Assembly (NCBI GenBank): GCA_964016885.1
Contig: OZ024740.1
Coordinates: forward strand, 19,840,001 to 19,904,000
Source of the DNA: Eledone cirrhosa
Taxonomy: Eukaryota
Reading direction: 5' to 3'
Length of the DNA stretch: 64,000 nt
The notes under the pieces were generated by a model. It searched no databases and had not been told where the DNA came from. It was given only the letters and a program-made list of their open reading frames with translations. Each line of letters begins with the position of its first letter. Positions within the stretch are counted from its first letter, which is position 1. Of this stretch, positions 12,401-27,500 are shown one piece after another. A program made the position numbers and the translations under genes.

Positions 12401-15336
12401 TGTCCCGACAGCTAACAACTGATGCAGTGTCCTCTCGACAGCTAACAACTGATGCAGTGTCCCGACAGCTAACAACTGATGCAGTGTCCTCTCGACAGCT
12501 AACAACTGATGCAGTGTCCCGACAGCTAACAGCTGATGCAGTGTCCCGACAGCTAACAACTGATGCAGTGTCTCGACAGCTAACAACTGATGCAGTGTCC
12601 TCTCGACAGCTAACAACTGATGCAGTGTCCCGACAGCTACCAACTGATGCAGTGTCCTCTCGACAGCTAACAACTGATGCAGTGTTCTTCCGACAGCTAA
12701 CAACTGATGCAGTGTCTTCTCGACAGTTAAAACTGATGCAGTGATTCGACATCGAACAACTGATGCAGTGTCCTCTCGACAGCTAACAACTGATGCAGTG
12801 ATTCGACAGCTAACAACTGATGCAGTGTCCTCTCGACAGCTAACAACTGATGCAGTGATTCGACATCTAACAACTGATACAGTGTCCTCTCGACAGCTAA
12901 CAACTGATGCAGTGTCCCGACAGCTAACAACTGATGCAGTGTCCTATCGGCACCTAACAACTGATGCAGTGTCCTCTCGACAGCTAACAACTGATGCAGT
13001 GTCCCGACAGCTAACAACTGATGCAGTGTCTCGACATCTAACAACTGATGCAGTGTCCCGACAGCTAACAACTGATACAGTGTCCCGACAGCTAACAACT
13101 GATGCAGCGTCCTCTCGACAGCTAACAACTGATGCAGTGTCCTCTCGACAGCTAACAATTGATGCAGTGTCTCGACAGCTAACAACTGATGCAGTGTCTC
13201 GGCAGCTAACAATAGATGCAGTGTCCTTCCGACAGCTAACAACTGATGCAGTGTCCTCTCGACAACTAACAACTGATGCAGTGTCTTCTCGACAGCTAAC
13301 AACTGATGCAGTGTCCTGACAGCTAACAACTGATGCAGTGTCTCGACAGCTGACAACTGATGGAGTGTCTCGACAGCTAACAACTGATGCAGTGTCTCGA
13401 CAGCTAACAACTGATGCAGTGTCCTTCCGAAAGCTAACAACTGATGCAGTGTCCTCTCGACAGGTAACAACTGATGCAGTGATTCGACATCTAACAACTG
13501 ATGCAGTGTCCTCTCGACAGCTAACAACTGATGCAGTGATTCGACAGCTAACAACTGATGCAGTGTCCTCAGGACTGCTAACAACTAAAGCAGTGATTCG
13601 ACATCTAACAACTGATACAGTGTCCTCTCGACAGCTAACAACTGATGCAGTGCGCAGACAGCTAACAACTGATGCAGTGTCCTCTCGACAGCTAACAAAA
13701 TATGCAGTTTCCTCTCGACAGCTAACACCTGATGCAGTGTCCTTTCGACAGCTAACAACTGATGCAGTGTCCTCTCGACAGCTAACAACTGATGCAGTGT
13801 CCTCTCGACAGCTAACAACTGATGCAGTGTTCCGACAGCTAACAACTGATGCAGTGTCCCCTCGACAGCTAACAACTGATACAGTGTCCCAACAGCTAAT
13901 AACTGATGCAGTGTCCCGAAAGCTAACAACTGATGCAGTGTCTCGACAGCTAACAACTGATGCAGTGTCCCGAAAGCTAACAAGTGATGCAGTGTCTCGA
14001 CAGCTAACAACTGATGCAGTGTCCCGAAAACTAACAACTGATGCAGTGTCTCGACAGCTAACAACTGATGCAGTGTCCCAACAGCTAACAACTGATGCAG
14101 TGTCCCGAAAGCTAACAACTGATGCAGTGTCTAGACAGCTAACAACTGATGCAGTGTCTCGACAGCTAACAACTGATGCAGTGTCCTCTCGACAGCTAGC
14201 AACTGATTCAGTGTCCTCTCGACAGCTAACAACTGATGCAGTGTCCCGACAGCTAACAACTGATGCAGTGTCCTCTCGACAGCTAACAACTGATGCAGTG
14301 TCCCGACAGCTAACAACTGATGCAGTGTCCTCTCGACAGCTAACAACTGATGCAGTGTCCCGACAGCTAACAGCTGATGCAGTGTCCCGACAGCTAACAT
14401 CTGATGCAGTGTCTCGACAGCTAGCAACTGATGCAGTGTCCTCTCGACAGCTAACAACTGATGCAGTGTCCCGACAGCTAACAACTGATGCAGTGTCCTA
14501 TCGGCACCTAACAACTGATGCAGTGTCCTCTCGACAGCTAACAACTGATGCAGTGTCCCGACAGCTAACAACTGATGCAGTGTCTCGACATCTAACAACT
14601 GATGCAGTGTCCCGACAGCTAACAACTGATACAGTGTCCCGACAGCTAACAACTGATGCAGTGTCCTCTCGAAAGCTAACAACTGATGCAGTGTCCTCTC
14701 GACAGCTAACAATTGATGCAGTGTCTCGACAGCTAACAACTGATGCAGTCTCTCGGCAGCTAACAATAGATGCAGTGTACTTCCGACAGCTAACAACTGA
14801 TGCAGTGTCCTCTCGACAGCTAACAACTGATGCAGTGTCCTCTAGACAGCTAACAACTGATGCAGTGTCCCGACAGCTAACAACTGATGCAGTGTCTCGA
14901 CAGCTGAGAAATGATGCAGTGATTCGACAGCTAACAACTGATGGAGTGTCTCGACAGCTAACAACTGATGCAGTGTCTCGACAGCTAACAACTGATGCAG
15001 TGTCCTTCCGAAAGCTAACAACTGATGCAGTGTCCTCTCGACAGGTAACAACTGATGCAGTGATTCGACATCTAACAACTGATGCAGTGTCCTCTCGACA
15101 GCTAACAACTGATGCAGTGATTCGACAGCTAACAACTGATGCAGTGTCCTCAGGACAGCTAACAACTAAAGCAGTGATTCGACATCTAACAACTGATAGA
15201 GTGTCCTCTCGACAGCTAACAACTGATGCAGTGCTCAGACAGCTAACAACTGATGCAGTGTCCTCTCGACAGCTAAAAAAATATGCAGTTTCCTCTCGAC
15301 AGCTAACACCTGATGCAGTGTCCTTTCGACAGCTAA
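9320..15336 (+). repeat. Tandem higher-order duplication, 2 x 3,008 bp (about 9320-12327 and 12328-15335)
   Basis: ORF starts 9733/12741 and 10330/13338 and minus-ORF bounds 9719/12727, 10577/13585 and 11123/14131 are all offset by 3,008. Both copies share the CTACCAACT variant, a 1-bp deletion, the TCCTGA stop and GTGTACTTC. Only a few differences were seen (~10162, ~10628, ~15198). Confidence 0.94.
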
Positions 15337-18300
15337 CAACTGATGCAGTGTCCTCTCGACAGCTAACAAAATATGCAGTTTCTTCTCGACAGCTAACAAC
15401 TGGTGCAGTGTCCTCCCGACAGATAACAACTGATGCAGTGTCCTCTCGACAGCTAACAACTGATGCAGTGTTCCGACAGCTAACAACTGATGCAGTGTCT
15501 CGACAGCTAACAACTGATGCAGTGTCCTTCCGACAGCTAACAACTGATGCAGTGTCCTCTCGACAGCTAACAATTGATGATGTGTCCCAACAGCTAACAA
15601 CTGATGCAGTGTCCTCTCGACAGCTAACAACTGATGCAGTGTCCCGACAGCTAACAACTGATGCAGTGTCCTCTCGACAGCTAACAACTGATGCAGTGTC
15701 CTCTCGACAGCTAACAACTGATGCAGTGTTCCGACAGCTAACAACTGATGCAGTGTCTCGACATCTAACAACTGATGCAGTGTCCCGACAGCTAACAACT
15801 GATACAGTGTCCCGACAGCTAACAACTGATGCAGTGTCCTCTCGACAGCTAACAACTGATGCAGTGTCCTCTCGACAGCTAACAATTGATGCAGTGTCTC
15901 GACAGCTAGCAACTGATGCAGTGTCTCGACAGCTAACAATAGATGCAGTGTCCTCTCGACAGCTAACAACCGATGCAGTGTCCTCTCGACAGCTAACAAC
16001 TGATGCAGTGTCCCGACAGCTAACAACTGATGCAGTGTCTCGACAGCTAAGAAATGATGCAGTGATTCGATAGCTAACAACTGATGGAGTGTCTCGACAG
16101 CTAACAACTGATGCAGTGTCTCGACAGCTAACAACTGATGCAGTGTCCTTCCGACAGCTAACAACTGATGCAGTGTCCTCTCGACAGGTAACAACTGATG
16201 CAGTGATTCGACATCTAACAACTGATTCAGTGTCCTCTCGACAGCTAACAACTGATGCAGTGATTCGACAGTTAACAACTGATGCAGTGTCCTCAGGACA
16301 GCTAACAACTAAAGCAGTGATTCGACATCTAACAACTGATACAGAGTCCTCTCGACAGCTAACAACTGATGCAGTGCTCAGACAGCTAACAACTGATGCA
16401 GTGTCCTCGCGACAGCTAACAACTGATGCAGTGTCCCGACAGCTAAAAACTGATGCAGTGTCTCGACAGCTAACAACTGATGCAGTGTCCTCTCGACAGC
16501 TAACAAAATATGCAGTTTCCTCTCGACAGCTAACACCTGATGCAGTGTCCTTTCGACAGCTAACAATTGATGCAGTGTCCTCTCGACAGCTAACAAAATA
16601 TGCAGTTTCTTCTCGACAGCTAACAACTGATGCAGTGTCCTCCCGACAGATAACAACTGATGCAGTGTCCTCTCGACAGCTAACAACTGATGCAGTGTTC
16701 CGACAGCTAACAACTGATGCAGTGTCCCCTCGACAGCTAACAACAGATGCAGTGTCCCAACAGCTAATAACTGATGCAGTGTCCCGACAGCTAACAACTG
16801 ATGCAGTGTCTCGACAGCTAACAACTGTTGCAGTGTCCCGAAAGCTAACAACTGACGCAGTCTCTACAGCTAACAACTGATGCAGTGTCTCGAAAGCTAA
16901 CAACTGATGCAGTGTCTCGACAGCTAACAACTGATGCAGTGTCCCGAAAGCTAACAACTGATGCAGTGTCTCGACAGCTAACAACTGCTGCAGTGTCCCG
17001 ACAGCTAACAACTGATGCAGTGTCCCGACAGCTAACAACTGATGCAGTGTCCTCTTGACAGCTAACAACTGATGCAGTGTCCTCTCGACAGCTAACAACT
17101 GATGCAGTGTCCCGACAGCTAACAACTGACGCAGTGTCCCGACAGCTAACAACTGATGCAGTGCTCAGACAGCTAACAACTTATGCAGTGCTCAGACAGC
17201 TAACAACTGATGCAGTGTCTCGACAGCTAACAACTGATGCAGTGTCCTCTCGACAGCTAACAACTGATGCAGTGTCCTCTCGACAGCTAACAACTGATGC
17301 AGTGTCTCGACAGCTAACAACTGAATCAGTGTCCTCTCGACAGCTAACAACTGATGCAGTGTCCTCTCGACAGCTAACAACTGATGCAGTGTCCTCTCGA
17401 CAGCTAACAACTGATGCAGTGTCCTCTCGACAGCTAACATCTGATGCAGTGTCTCGACAGCTAACAACTGATGCAGTGTCTCGACAGCTAACAACTGATG
17501 CAGTGTCCTTCCGACAGCTAACAACTGATGCAGTGTCCTCTTGACAGCTAACAACTGATGCAGTGATTCGACAGCTAACAACTGATGCAGTGTCCTCTCG
17601 ACAGCTAACAACTGATGCAGTGATTCGACATCTAACAACTGATACAGTGTCCTCTCGACAGCTAACAACTGTTGCAGTGTCCCGACTGCTAACAACTCGT
17701 GCAGTGTCCTCTCGACAGCTAACAACTGATGCAGTGTCCTCTCGACAGCTAACAACTGATGCAGTGTACCGACAGCTAACAACTGATGCAGTGTCCTCTC
17801 GACAGCTAACAACTGATGCAGTGTCCTCTCGACAGCTAACAACTGATGCAGTGTCCCGACAGCTAACAACTGATGCAGTGTCCTCTCGACATCTAACAAC
17901 TGATGCAGTGTCCTCTCGACAGCTAACAACTGATGCAGTGTCCCGACAGCTAACAACTGATGCAGTGTCCTCTCGACAGCTAACAACTGATGCAGTGTCC
18001 CGACAGCTAACAACTGATGCAGTGTCCTCTCGAAAGCTAACAACTGATGCAGTATCCCGACAGCTAACAACTGATGCAGTGTCCCGACAGCTAACAACTG
18101 ATGCAGTGTCTCAAGAGCTAGCGACTGATGCAGTGTCCCGTCAGCTAACAACTGATGCAGTGTCTCGACAGCTAACAACTGATGCAGTGTCTCGACAGCT
18201 AACAACTGATGCAGTGATTCGACATCTAACAACTGATGCAGTGTCCTCTCGACAGCTAACAACTGATGCAGTGTCCCGACAGCTAACAACTGATGCAGAG

Positions 18301-21300
18301 TCCTCTCGACAGCTAACAACTGATGCAGTGTCCTCTCGACAGCTAACAACTGATGCAGTGTCCCGACAGCTAACAACTGATGCAGTGTCTCGACATCTAA
18401 CAACTGATGCAGTGTCCCGACAGCTAACAACTGATACAGTGTCCCAACAGCTAACAACTGATGCAGTGTCCTCTCGACAGCTAACAACTGATGCAGTGTC
18501 CTCTCGATAGCTAAAAATTGATGCAGTGTCTCGACAGCTAGCAACTGATGCAGTGTCTCGACAGCTAACAATAGATGCAGTGTCCTTCCGACAGCTAACA
18601 ACTGATGCAGTGTCCTCTCGACAGCTAACAACCGATGCAGTGTCCTCTCGACAGCTAACAACTGATGCAGTGTCCCGACAGCTAACAACTGATGCAGTGT
18701 CTCGACAGCTAAGAAATGATGCAGTGATTCGACAGCTAACAACTGATGGAGTGTCTCGACAGCTAACAACTGATGCAGTGTCTCGACAGCTAACAACTGA
18801 TGCAGTGTCCTTCCGACAGCTAACAACTGATGCAGTGTCCTCTCGACAGGTAACAACTGATGCAGTGATTCGACATCTAACAACTGATTCAGTGTCCTCT
18901 CGACAGCTAACAACTGATGCAGTGATTCGACAGTTAACAACTGATGCAGTGTCCTCAGGACTGCTAACAACTAAAGCAGTGATTCGACATCTAACAACTG
19001 ATACAGTGTGCTCTCGACAGCTAACAACTGATGCAGTGTCCCGACAGCTAACAACTGATGCAGTGTCTCGATATCTAACAACTGATGCAGTGTCCCGACA
19101 GCTAACAACTGATGCAGTGTCTCGACATCTAACAACTGATGCAGTGTCCCGACAGCTAACAACTGATACAGTGTCCCGACAGCTAACAACTGATGCAGTG
19201 TCCTCTCGACAGCTAACAACTGATGCAGTGTCCTCTCGACAGTTAACAACTGATGCAGTGTCCCGACAGCTAACAACTGATGCAGTGTCTCGACATCTAA
19301 CAACTGATGCAGTGTCCCAACAGCTAACAACTGATGCAGTGTCCTCTCGACAGCTAACAACTGATGCAGTGTCCCGACAGCTAACAACTGATGCAGTGTC
19401 CTCTCGACAGCTAACAACTGATGCAGTATCCCGACAGCTAACAACTGATCCAGTGTCCTCTCGACAGCTAACAACTGATGCAGTGTCCTCTCGACAGCTA
19501 ACAACTGATGCAGTGTCCCGACAGCTAACAACTGATGCAGTGTCCTCTCGACAGCTAACAACTGATGCAGTGTCCCGACAGCTAACAACTGTTGCAGTGT
19601 CCTCTCGAAAGCTAACAACTGATGCAGTGTCTCGACAGCTAACAACTGATGCAGTGACCCGACAGCTAACAACTGATGCAGTGATTCGATATCTAACAAC
19701 TGATGCAGTGTCCTCTCGACAGCTAACAACTGATGCAGTGTCCTCTCAACAGCTAACAACTGATGCAGTGTCCTCTCGACAGCTAACAACTGATGCAGTG
19801 TCCTCTGGACAGCTAACAACTGATGCAGTGTCCTCTCGACAGCTAACAACTGATGCAGTGTCCCGACAGCTAACAACTGATGCAGTGTCCTCTCGACAGC
19901 TAACAACTGATGCAGTGTCCTTCCGACAGCTGACAACTGATGCAGTGTCCTCTCGACAGCTAAAAACTGATGCAGTGATTCGACATCTAACAACTGATGC
20001 AGTGTCCTCTCGACAGCTAACAACTGATGCAGTGATTCGACAGCTAGCAACTGATGCATTGTCCTCTCGACAGCTAACAACTGATGCAGTGTCCTCTCGA
20101 CAGCTAACAACTGATGCAGTGTCCCGACAGCTAACAACTGATGCAGTGTCCTCTCGACAGCTAACAACTGATGCAGTGTCCCGACAGCTAACAACTGATG
20201 CAGTGTCCTCTCGAAAGCTAACAACTGATGCAGTGTCCCGACAGCTAACAACTGATGCAGTGTCCCGACAGCTAACAACTGATGCAGTGTCTCGACAGCT
20301 AACAACTGATGCAGTGTCCCGACAGCTAACAACTGATGCAGTGTCTCGACAGCTAACAACTGATGCAGTGTCTCGACAGCTAACAACTGATGCAGTGTCC
20401 TTCCGACAGCTAACAACTGATGCAGTGTCCGCTCGACAGCTAACAACTGATGAAGTGATTCGACAGCTAACAACTGATGCAGTGTCCTCTCGACAGCTAA
20501 CAACTGATGCAGTGATTCGACATCTAACAACTGATACAGTGTCCTCTCGACAGCTAGCAACTGATGCAGTGTCCCGACAGCTAACAACTGATGCAGTGTC
20601 CTCTCGACAGCTAACAACTGATGCAGTGTCCTCTCGACAGCTAACAACTGATGCAGTGTCCCGACATCTAACAACTGATGCAGTGTCCTCTCGACAGCTA
20701 ACAACTGATGCAGTGTCCTCTCGACAGCTAACAACTGATGCAGTGTCCTCTCGACAGCTAACAACTGATACAGTGTCCCGACAGCTAGCAACTGATGCAG
20801 TGTCCTCTCGACAGCTAACAACTGATGCAGTGTCCTCTCGACAGCTAACAACTGATGCAGTGTCCCGACAGCTAACAACTGATGCAGTGTCTCGACATCT
20901 AACAACTGATGCAGTGTCCCGACAGCTAACAACTGATGCAGTGTCCTCTCGACAGCTAACAACTGATGCAGTGTCCCGACAGCTAACAACTGATGCAGTG
21001 TCCTCTCGACAGCTAACAACTGATGCAGTGTCCTCTCGACAGCTAACAACTGATGCAGTGTCCCGACAGCTAACAACTGATGCAGTGTCTCGACATCTAA
21101 CAACTGATGCAGTGTCCCGACAGCTAACAACTGATACAGTGTCCCGACAGCTAACAACTGATGCAGTGTCCTCTCGACAGCTAACAACTGATGCAGTGTC
21201 CTCTCGACAGCTAACAATTGATGCAGTGTCTCGACAGCTAGCAACTGATGCAGTGTCTCGACAGCTAACAATAGATGCAGTGTCCTTCCGACAGCTAACA

Positions 21301-24300
21301 ACTGATGCAGTGTCCTCTCGACAGCTAACAACCGATGCAGTGTCCTCTCGACAGCTAACAACTGATGCAGTGTCCCGACAGCTAACAACTGATTGAGTGT
21401 CTCGAAAGCTAACAACTGATGCAGTGTCTCGACAGCTAACAACTGATGCATTGTCCTTCCGACAGCTAACAACTGATGCAGTGTCCTCTCGACAGGTAAC
21501 AACTGATGCAGTGATTCGACATCTAACAACTGATTCAGTGTCCTCTCGACAGCTAACAACTGATGCAGTGATTCGACAGTTAACAACTGATGCAGTGTCC
21601 TCAGGACTGCTAACAACTAAAGCAGTGATTCGACAACTAACAACTGATACAGTGTCCTCTCGACAGCTAACAACTGATGCAGTGCTCAGACAGCTAACAA
21701 CTGATGCAGTGTCCCGACAGCTAACAACTGATGCAGTGTCCCGACAGCTAACAACTGATGCAGTGTCTCGACATCTAACAACTGATGCAGTGCCCCGACA
21801 GCTAACAACTGATACAGTGTCCCGACAGCTAACAACTGATGCAGTGTCCTCTCGACAGCTAACAACTGTTGCAGTGTCCTCTCGACAGTTAACAACTGAT
21901 GCAGTGTCCCGACAGCTAACAACTGATGCAGTGTCTCGACATCTAACAACTGATGCAGTGTCCCAACAGCTAACAACTGATGCAGTGTCCTCTCGACAGC
22001 TAACAACTGATGCAGTGTCCCGACAGCTAACAACTGATGCAGTGTCCTCTCGACAGCTAAAAACTGATGCAGTATCCCGACAGCTAACAACTGATCCAGT
22101 GTCCTCTCGACAGCTAACAACTGATTCAGTGTCCTCTCGACAGCTAACAACTGATGCAGTGTCCCGACAGCTAACAACTGATGCAGTGTCCTCTCGACAG
22201 CTAACAATTGATGCAGTGTCCCGACAGCTAACAACTGTTGCAGTGTCCTCTCGAAAGCTAACAACTGATGCAGTGTCTCGACAGCTAACAACTGATGCAG
22301 TGACCCGACAGCTAACAACTGATGCAGTGATTCGACATCTAACAACTGATGCAGTGTCCTCTCGACAGCTAACAACTGATGCAGTGTCCTCTCAACAGCT
22401 TACAACTGATGCAGTGTCCTCTCGACAGCTAACAACTGATGCAGTGTCCTCTCGACAGCTAACAACTGATGCAGTGTCCTCTCGACAGCTAACAACTGAT
22501 GCAGTGTCCCGACAGCTAACAACTGATGCAGTGTCCTCTCGACAGCTAAAAACTGATGCAGTGATTCGACATCTAACAACTGATGCAGTGTCCTCTCGAC
22601 AGCTAACAACTGATGCAGTGATTCGACAGCTAACAACTGATGCATTGTCCTCTCGACAGCTAACAACTGATGCAGTGTCCTCTCGACAGCTAACAACTGA
22701 TGCAGTGTCCCGACAGCTAACAACTGATGCAGTGTCCTCTCGACAGCTAACAACTGATGCAGTGTCCCGACAGCTAACAACTGATGCAGTGTCCTCTCGA
22801 AAGCTAACAACTGATGCAGTGTCCCGACAGCTAACAACTGATGCAGTGTCCCGACAGCTAACAACTGATGCAGTGTCTCGACAGCTAACAACTAATGCAG
22901 TGTCCCGACAGCTAACAACTGATGCAGTGTCTCGATAGCTAACAACTGATGCAGTGTCTCGACAGCTAACAACTGATGCAGTGTCCTTCCGACAGCTAAC
23001 AACTGATGCAGTGTCCGCTCGACAGCTAACAACTGATGAAGTGATTCGACAGCTAACAACTGATGCAGTGTCCTCTCGACAGCTAACAACTGATGCAGTG
23101 ATTCGACATCTAACAACTGATACAGTGTCCTCTCGACAGCTAGCAACTGATGCAGTCTCCCGACAGCTAACAACTGATGCAGTGTCCTCTCGACAGCTAA
23201 CAACTGATGCAGTGTCCTCTCGACAGCTAACAACTGATGCAGTGTCCCGACATCTAACAACTGATGCAGTGTCCTCTCGACAGCTAACAACTGATGCAGT
23301 GTCCTCTCGACAGCTAACAACTGATGCAGTGTCCTCTCGACAGCTAACAACTGATGCAGTGTCCCGACAGCTAACAACTGATGCAGTGTCTCGACATCTA
23401 ACAACTGATGCAGTGTCCCGACAGCTAACAACTGATACAGTGTCCCGACAGCTAACAACTGATGCAGTGTCCTCTCGACAGCTAACAACTGATGCAGTGT
23501 CCTCTCGACAGCTAACAACTGATGCAGTGTCCCGACAGCTAAAAACTGATGCAGTGTCTCGACATCTAACAACTGATGCAGTGTCCCAACAGCTAACAAC
23601 TGATGCAGTGTCCTCTCGACAGCTAACAACTGATGCAGTGTCCCGACAGCTAACAACTGATGCAGTGTCCTCTCGACAGCTAACAACTGATGCAGTGTCC
23701 TCTCGACAGCTAACAACTGATGCAGTGTCCCGACAGCTAACAACTGATGCAGTGTCCTCTCGACAGCTAACAACTGATGCAGTGTCCTTCCGACAGCTAA
23801 CAACTGATGCAGTGTCCTCTCGACAGCTAAAAACTGATGCAGTGATTCGACATCTAACAACTGATGCAGTGTCCTCTCGACAGCTAACAACTGATGCAGT
23901 GATACGACAGCTAACAACTGAAGCAGTGTCCTCTCGACAGCTAACAACTGATGCAGTGTCCTCTCGACAGCTAACAACTGATGCAGTGTCCCGACAGCTA
24001 ACAACTGATGCAGTGTCCTCTCGACAGCTAACAACTGTTGCAGTGTCCCGACAGCTAACAACTGATGCAGTGTCCTCTCGAAAGCTAACAACTGATGCAG
24101 TGTCCCGACAGCTAACAACTGATGCAGTGTCCCGACAGTTAACAACTGATGCAGTGTCTCGACAGCTAACAACTGATGCAGTGTCCCGACAGCTATCAAC
24201 TGATGCAGTGTCTCGACAGCTAACAACTGATGCAGTGTCTCGACAGCTAACAACTGATGCAGTGTCCTTCCGACAGCTAACAACTGATGCAGTGTCCTCT

Positions 24301-24509
24301 CGACAGCTAACAACTGATGCAGTGATTCGACAGCTAACAACTGATGCAGTGTCCTCTCGACAGCTAACAACTGATGCAGTGATTCGACATCTAACAACTG
24401 ATACAGTGTCCTCTCGACAGCTAACAACTGATGCAGTGTCCCGACAGCTAACAACTGATGCAGTGTCCTCTCGACAGCTAACAACTGATGCAGTGTCCTC
24501 TTGACAGCT

Positions 24510-27500
24510 AACAACTGATGCAGTGTCCCGACATCTAACAACTGATGCAGTGTCCTCTCGACAGCTAACAACTGATGCAGTGTCCCGACAGCTAACAACT
24601 GATGCAGAGTCCTCTCGACAGCTAACAACTGATGCAGTGTCCTCTCGACAGCTAACAACTGATGCAGTGTCCCGACAGCTAACAACTGATGCAGTGTCTC
24701 GACATCTAACAACTGATGCAGTGTCCCGACAGCTAACAACTGATACAGTGTCCCGACAGCTAACAACTGATGCAGTGTCCTCTCGACAGCTAACAACTGA
24801 TGCAGTGTCCTCTCGACAGCTAACAATTGATGCAGTGTCTCGACAGCTAGCAACTGATGCAGTGTCTCGACAGCTAACAATAGATGCAGTGTCCTTCCGA
24901 CAGCTAACAACTGATGTAGTGTCCTCTCGACAGCTAACAACCGATGCAGTGTCCTCTCGACAGCTAACAACTGATGCAGTGTCCCGACAGCTAACAACTG
25001 ATGCAGTGTCTCGACAGCTAAGAAATGATGCAGTGATTCGACAGCTAACAACTGATGGAGTGTCTCGACAGCTAACAACTGATGCAGTGTCTCGACAGCT
25101 AACAACTGATGCAGTGTCCTTCCGACAGCTAACAACTGATGCAGTGTCCTCTCGACAGGTAACAACTGATGCAGTGATTCGACATCTAACAACTGATTCA
25201 GTGTCCTCTCGACAGCTAACAACTGATGCAGTGATTCGACAGTTAACAACTGATGCAGTGTCCTCAAGACTGCTAACAACTACAGCAGTGATTCGACATC
25301 TAACAACTGATACAGTGTCCTCTCGACAGCTAACAACTGATGCAGTGCTCAGACAGCTAACAACTGATGCAGTGTCCCGACAGCTAACAACTGATGCAGT
25401 GTCCCGACAGCTAACAACTGATGCAGTGTCTCGACAGCTAACAACTGATGCAGTGTCCCGACAGCTAACAACTGATGCAGTGTCTCGACATCTAACAACT
25501 GATGCAGTGTCCCGACAGCTAACAACTGATACAGTGTCCCGACAGCTAACAACTGATGCAGTGTCCTCTCGACAGCTAACAACTGATGCAGTGTCCTCTC
25601 GACAGTTAACAACTGATGCAGTGTCCCGACAGCTAACAACTGATGCAGTGTTTCGACATCTAACAACTGATGCAGTGTCCCAACAGCTAACAACTGATGC
25701 AGTGTCCTCTCGACAGCTAACAACTGATGCAGTGTCCCGACAGCTAACAACTGATGCAGTGTCCTCTCGACAGCTAACAACTGATGAAGTATCCCGACAG
25801 CTAACAACTGATCCAGTGTCCTCTCGACAGCTAACAACTGATGCAGTGTCCTCTCGACAGCTAACAACTGATGCAGTGTCCCGACAGCTAACAACTGATG
25901 CAGTGTCCTCTCGACAGCTAACAACTGATGCAGTGTCCCGACAGCTAACAACTGTTGCAGTGTCCTCTCGGAATCTAACAACTGATGCAGTGTCTCGACA
26001 GCTAACAACTGATGCAGTGACCCGACAGCTAACAACTGATGCAGTGATTCGACATCTAACAACTGATGCAGTGTCCTCTCGACAGCTAACAACTGATGCA
26101 GTGTCCTCTCAACAGCTAACAACTGATGCAGTGTCCTCTCGACAGCTAACAACTGATGCAGTGTCCTCTCGACAGCTAACAACTGATGCAGTGTCCTCTC
26201 GACAGCTAACAACTGATGCAGTGTCCCGACAGCTAACAACTGATGCAGTGTCCTCTCGACAGCTAACAACTGATGCAGTGTCCTTCCGACAGCTGACAAC
26301 TGATGCAGTGTCCTCTCGACAGCTAAAAACTGATGCAGTGATTCGACATCTAACAACTGATGCAGTGTCCTCTCGACAGCTAACAACTGATGCAGTGATA
26401 CGACAGCTAACAACTGATGCAGTGTCCTCTCGACAGCTAACAACTGATGCAGTGTCCTCTCGACAGCTAACAACTGATGCAGTGTCCCGACAGCTAACAA
26501 CTGATGCAGTGTCCTCTCGACAGCTAACAACTGATGCAGTGTCTCGACATCTAACAACTGATGCAGTGTCCCGACAGCTAACAACTGATACAGTGTCCCG
26601 ACAGCTAACAACTGATGCAGTGTCCTCTCGACAGCTAACAACTGATGCAGTGTCCTCTCGACAGCTAACAACTGATGCAGTGTCCCGACAGCTAAAAACT
26701 GATGCAGTGTCTCGACATCTAACAACTGATGCAGTGTCCCAACAGCTAACAACTGATGCAGTGTCCTCTCGACAGCTAACAACTGATGCAGTGTCCCGAC
26801 AGCTAACAACTGATGCAGTGTCCTCTCGACAGCTAACAACTGATGCAGTGTCCTCTCGACAGCTAACAACTGATGCAATGTCCCGACAGCTAACAACTGA
26901 TGCAGTGTCCTCTCGACAGCTAACAACTGATGCAGTGTCCTTCCGACAGCTAACAACTGATGCAGTGTCCTCTCGACAGCTAAAAACTGATGCAGTGATT
27001 CGACATCTAACAACTGATGCAGTGTCCTCTCGACAGCTAACAACTGATGCAGTGATACGACAGCTAACAACTGATGCAGTGTCCTCTCGACAGCTAACAA
27101 CTGATGCAGTGTCCTCTCGACAGCTAACAACTGATGCAGTGTCCCGACAGCTAACAACTGATGCAGTGTCCTCTCGACAGCTAACAACTGATGCAGTGTC
27201 CCGACAGCTAACAACTGATGCAGTGTCCTCTCGAAAGCTAACAACTGATGCAGTGTCCCGACAGCTAACAACTGATGCAGTGTCCCGACAGTTAACAACT
27301 GATGCAGTGTCTCGACAGCTAACAACTGATGCAGTGTCCCGACAGCTATCAACTGATGCAGTGTCTCGACAGCTAACAACTGATGCAGTGTCTCGACAGC
27401 TAACAACTGATGCAGTGTCCTTCCGACAGCTAACAACTGATGCAGTGATTTGACAGCTAACAACTGATGCAGTGTCCTCTCGACAGCTAACAACTGATGC

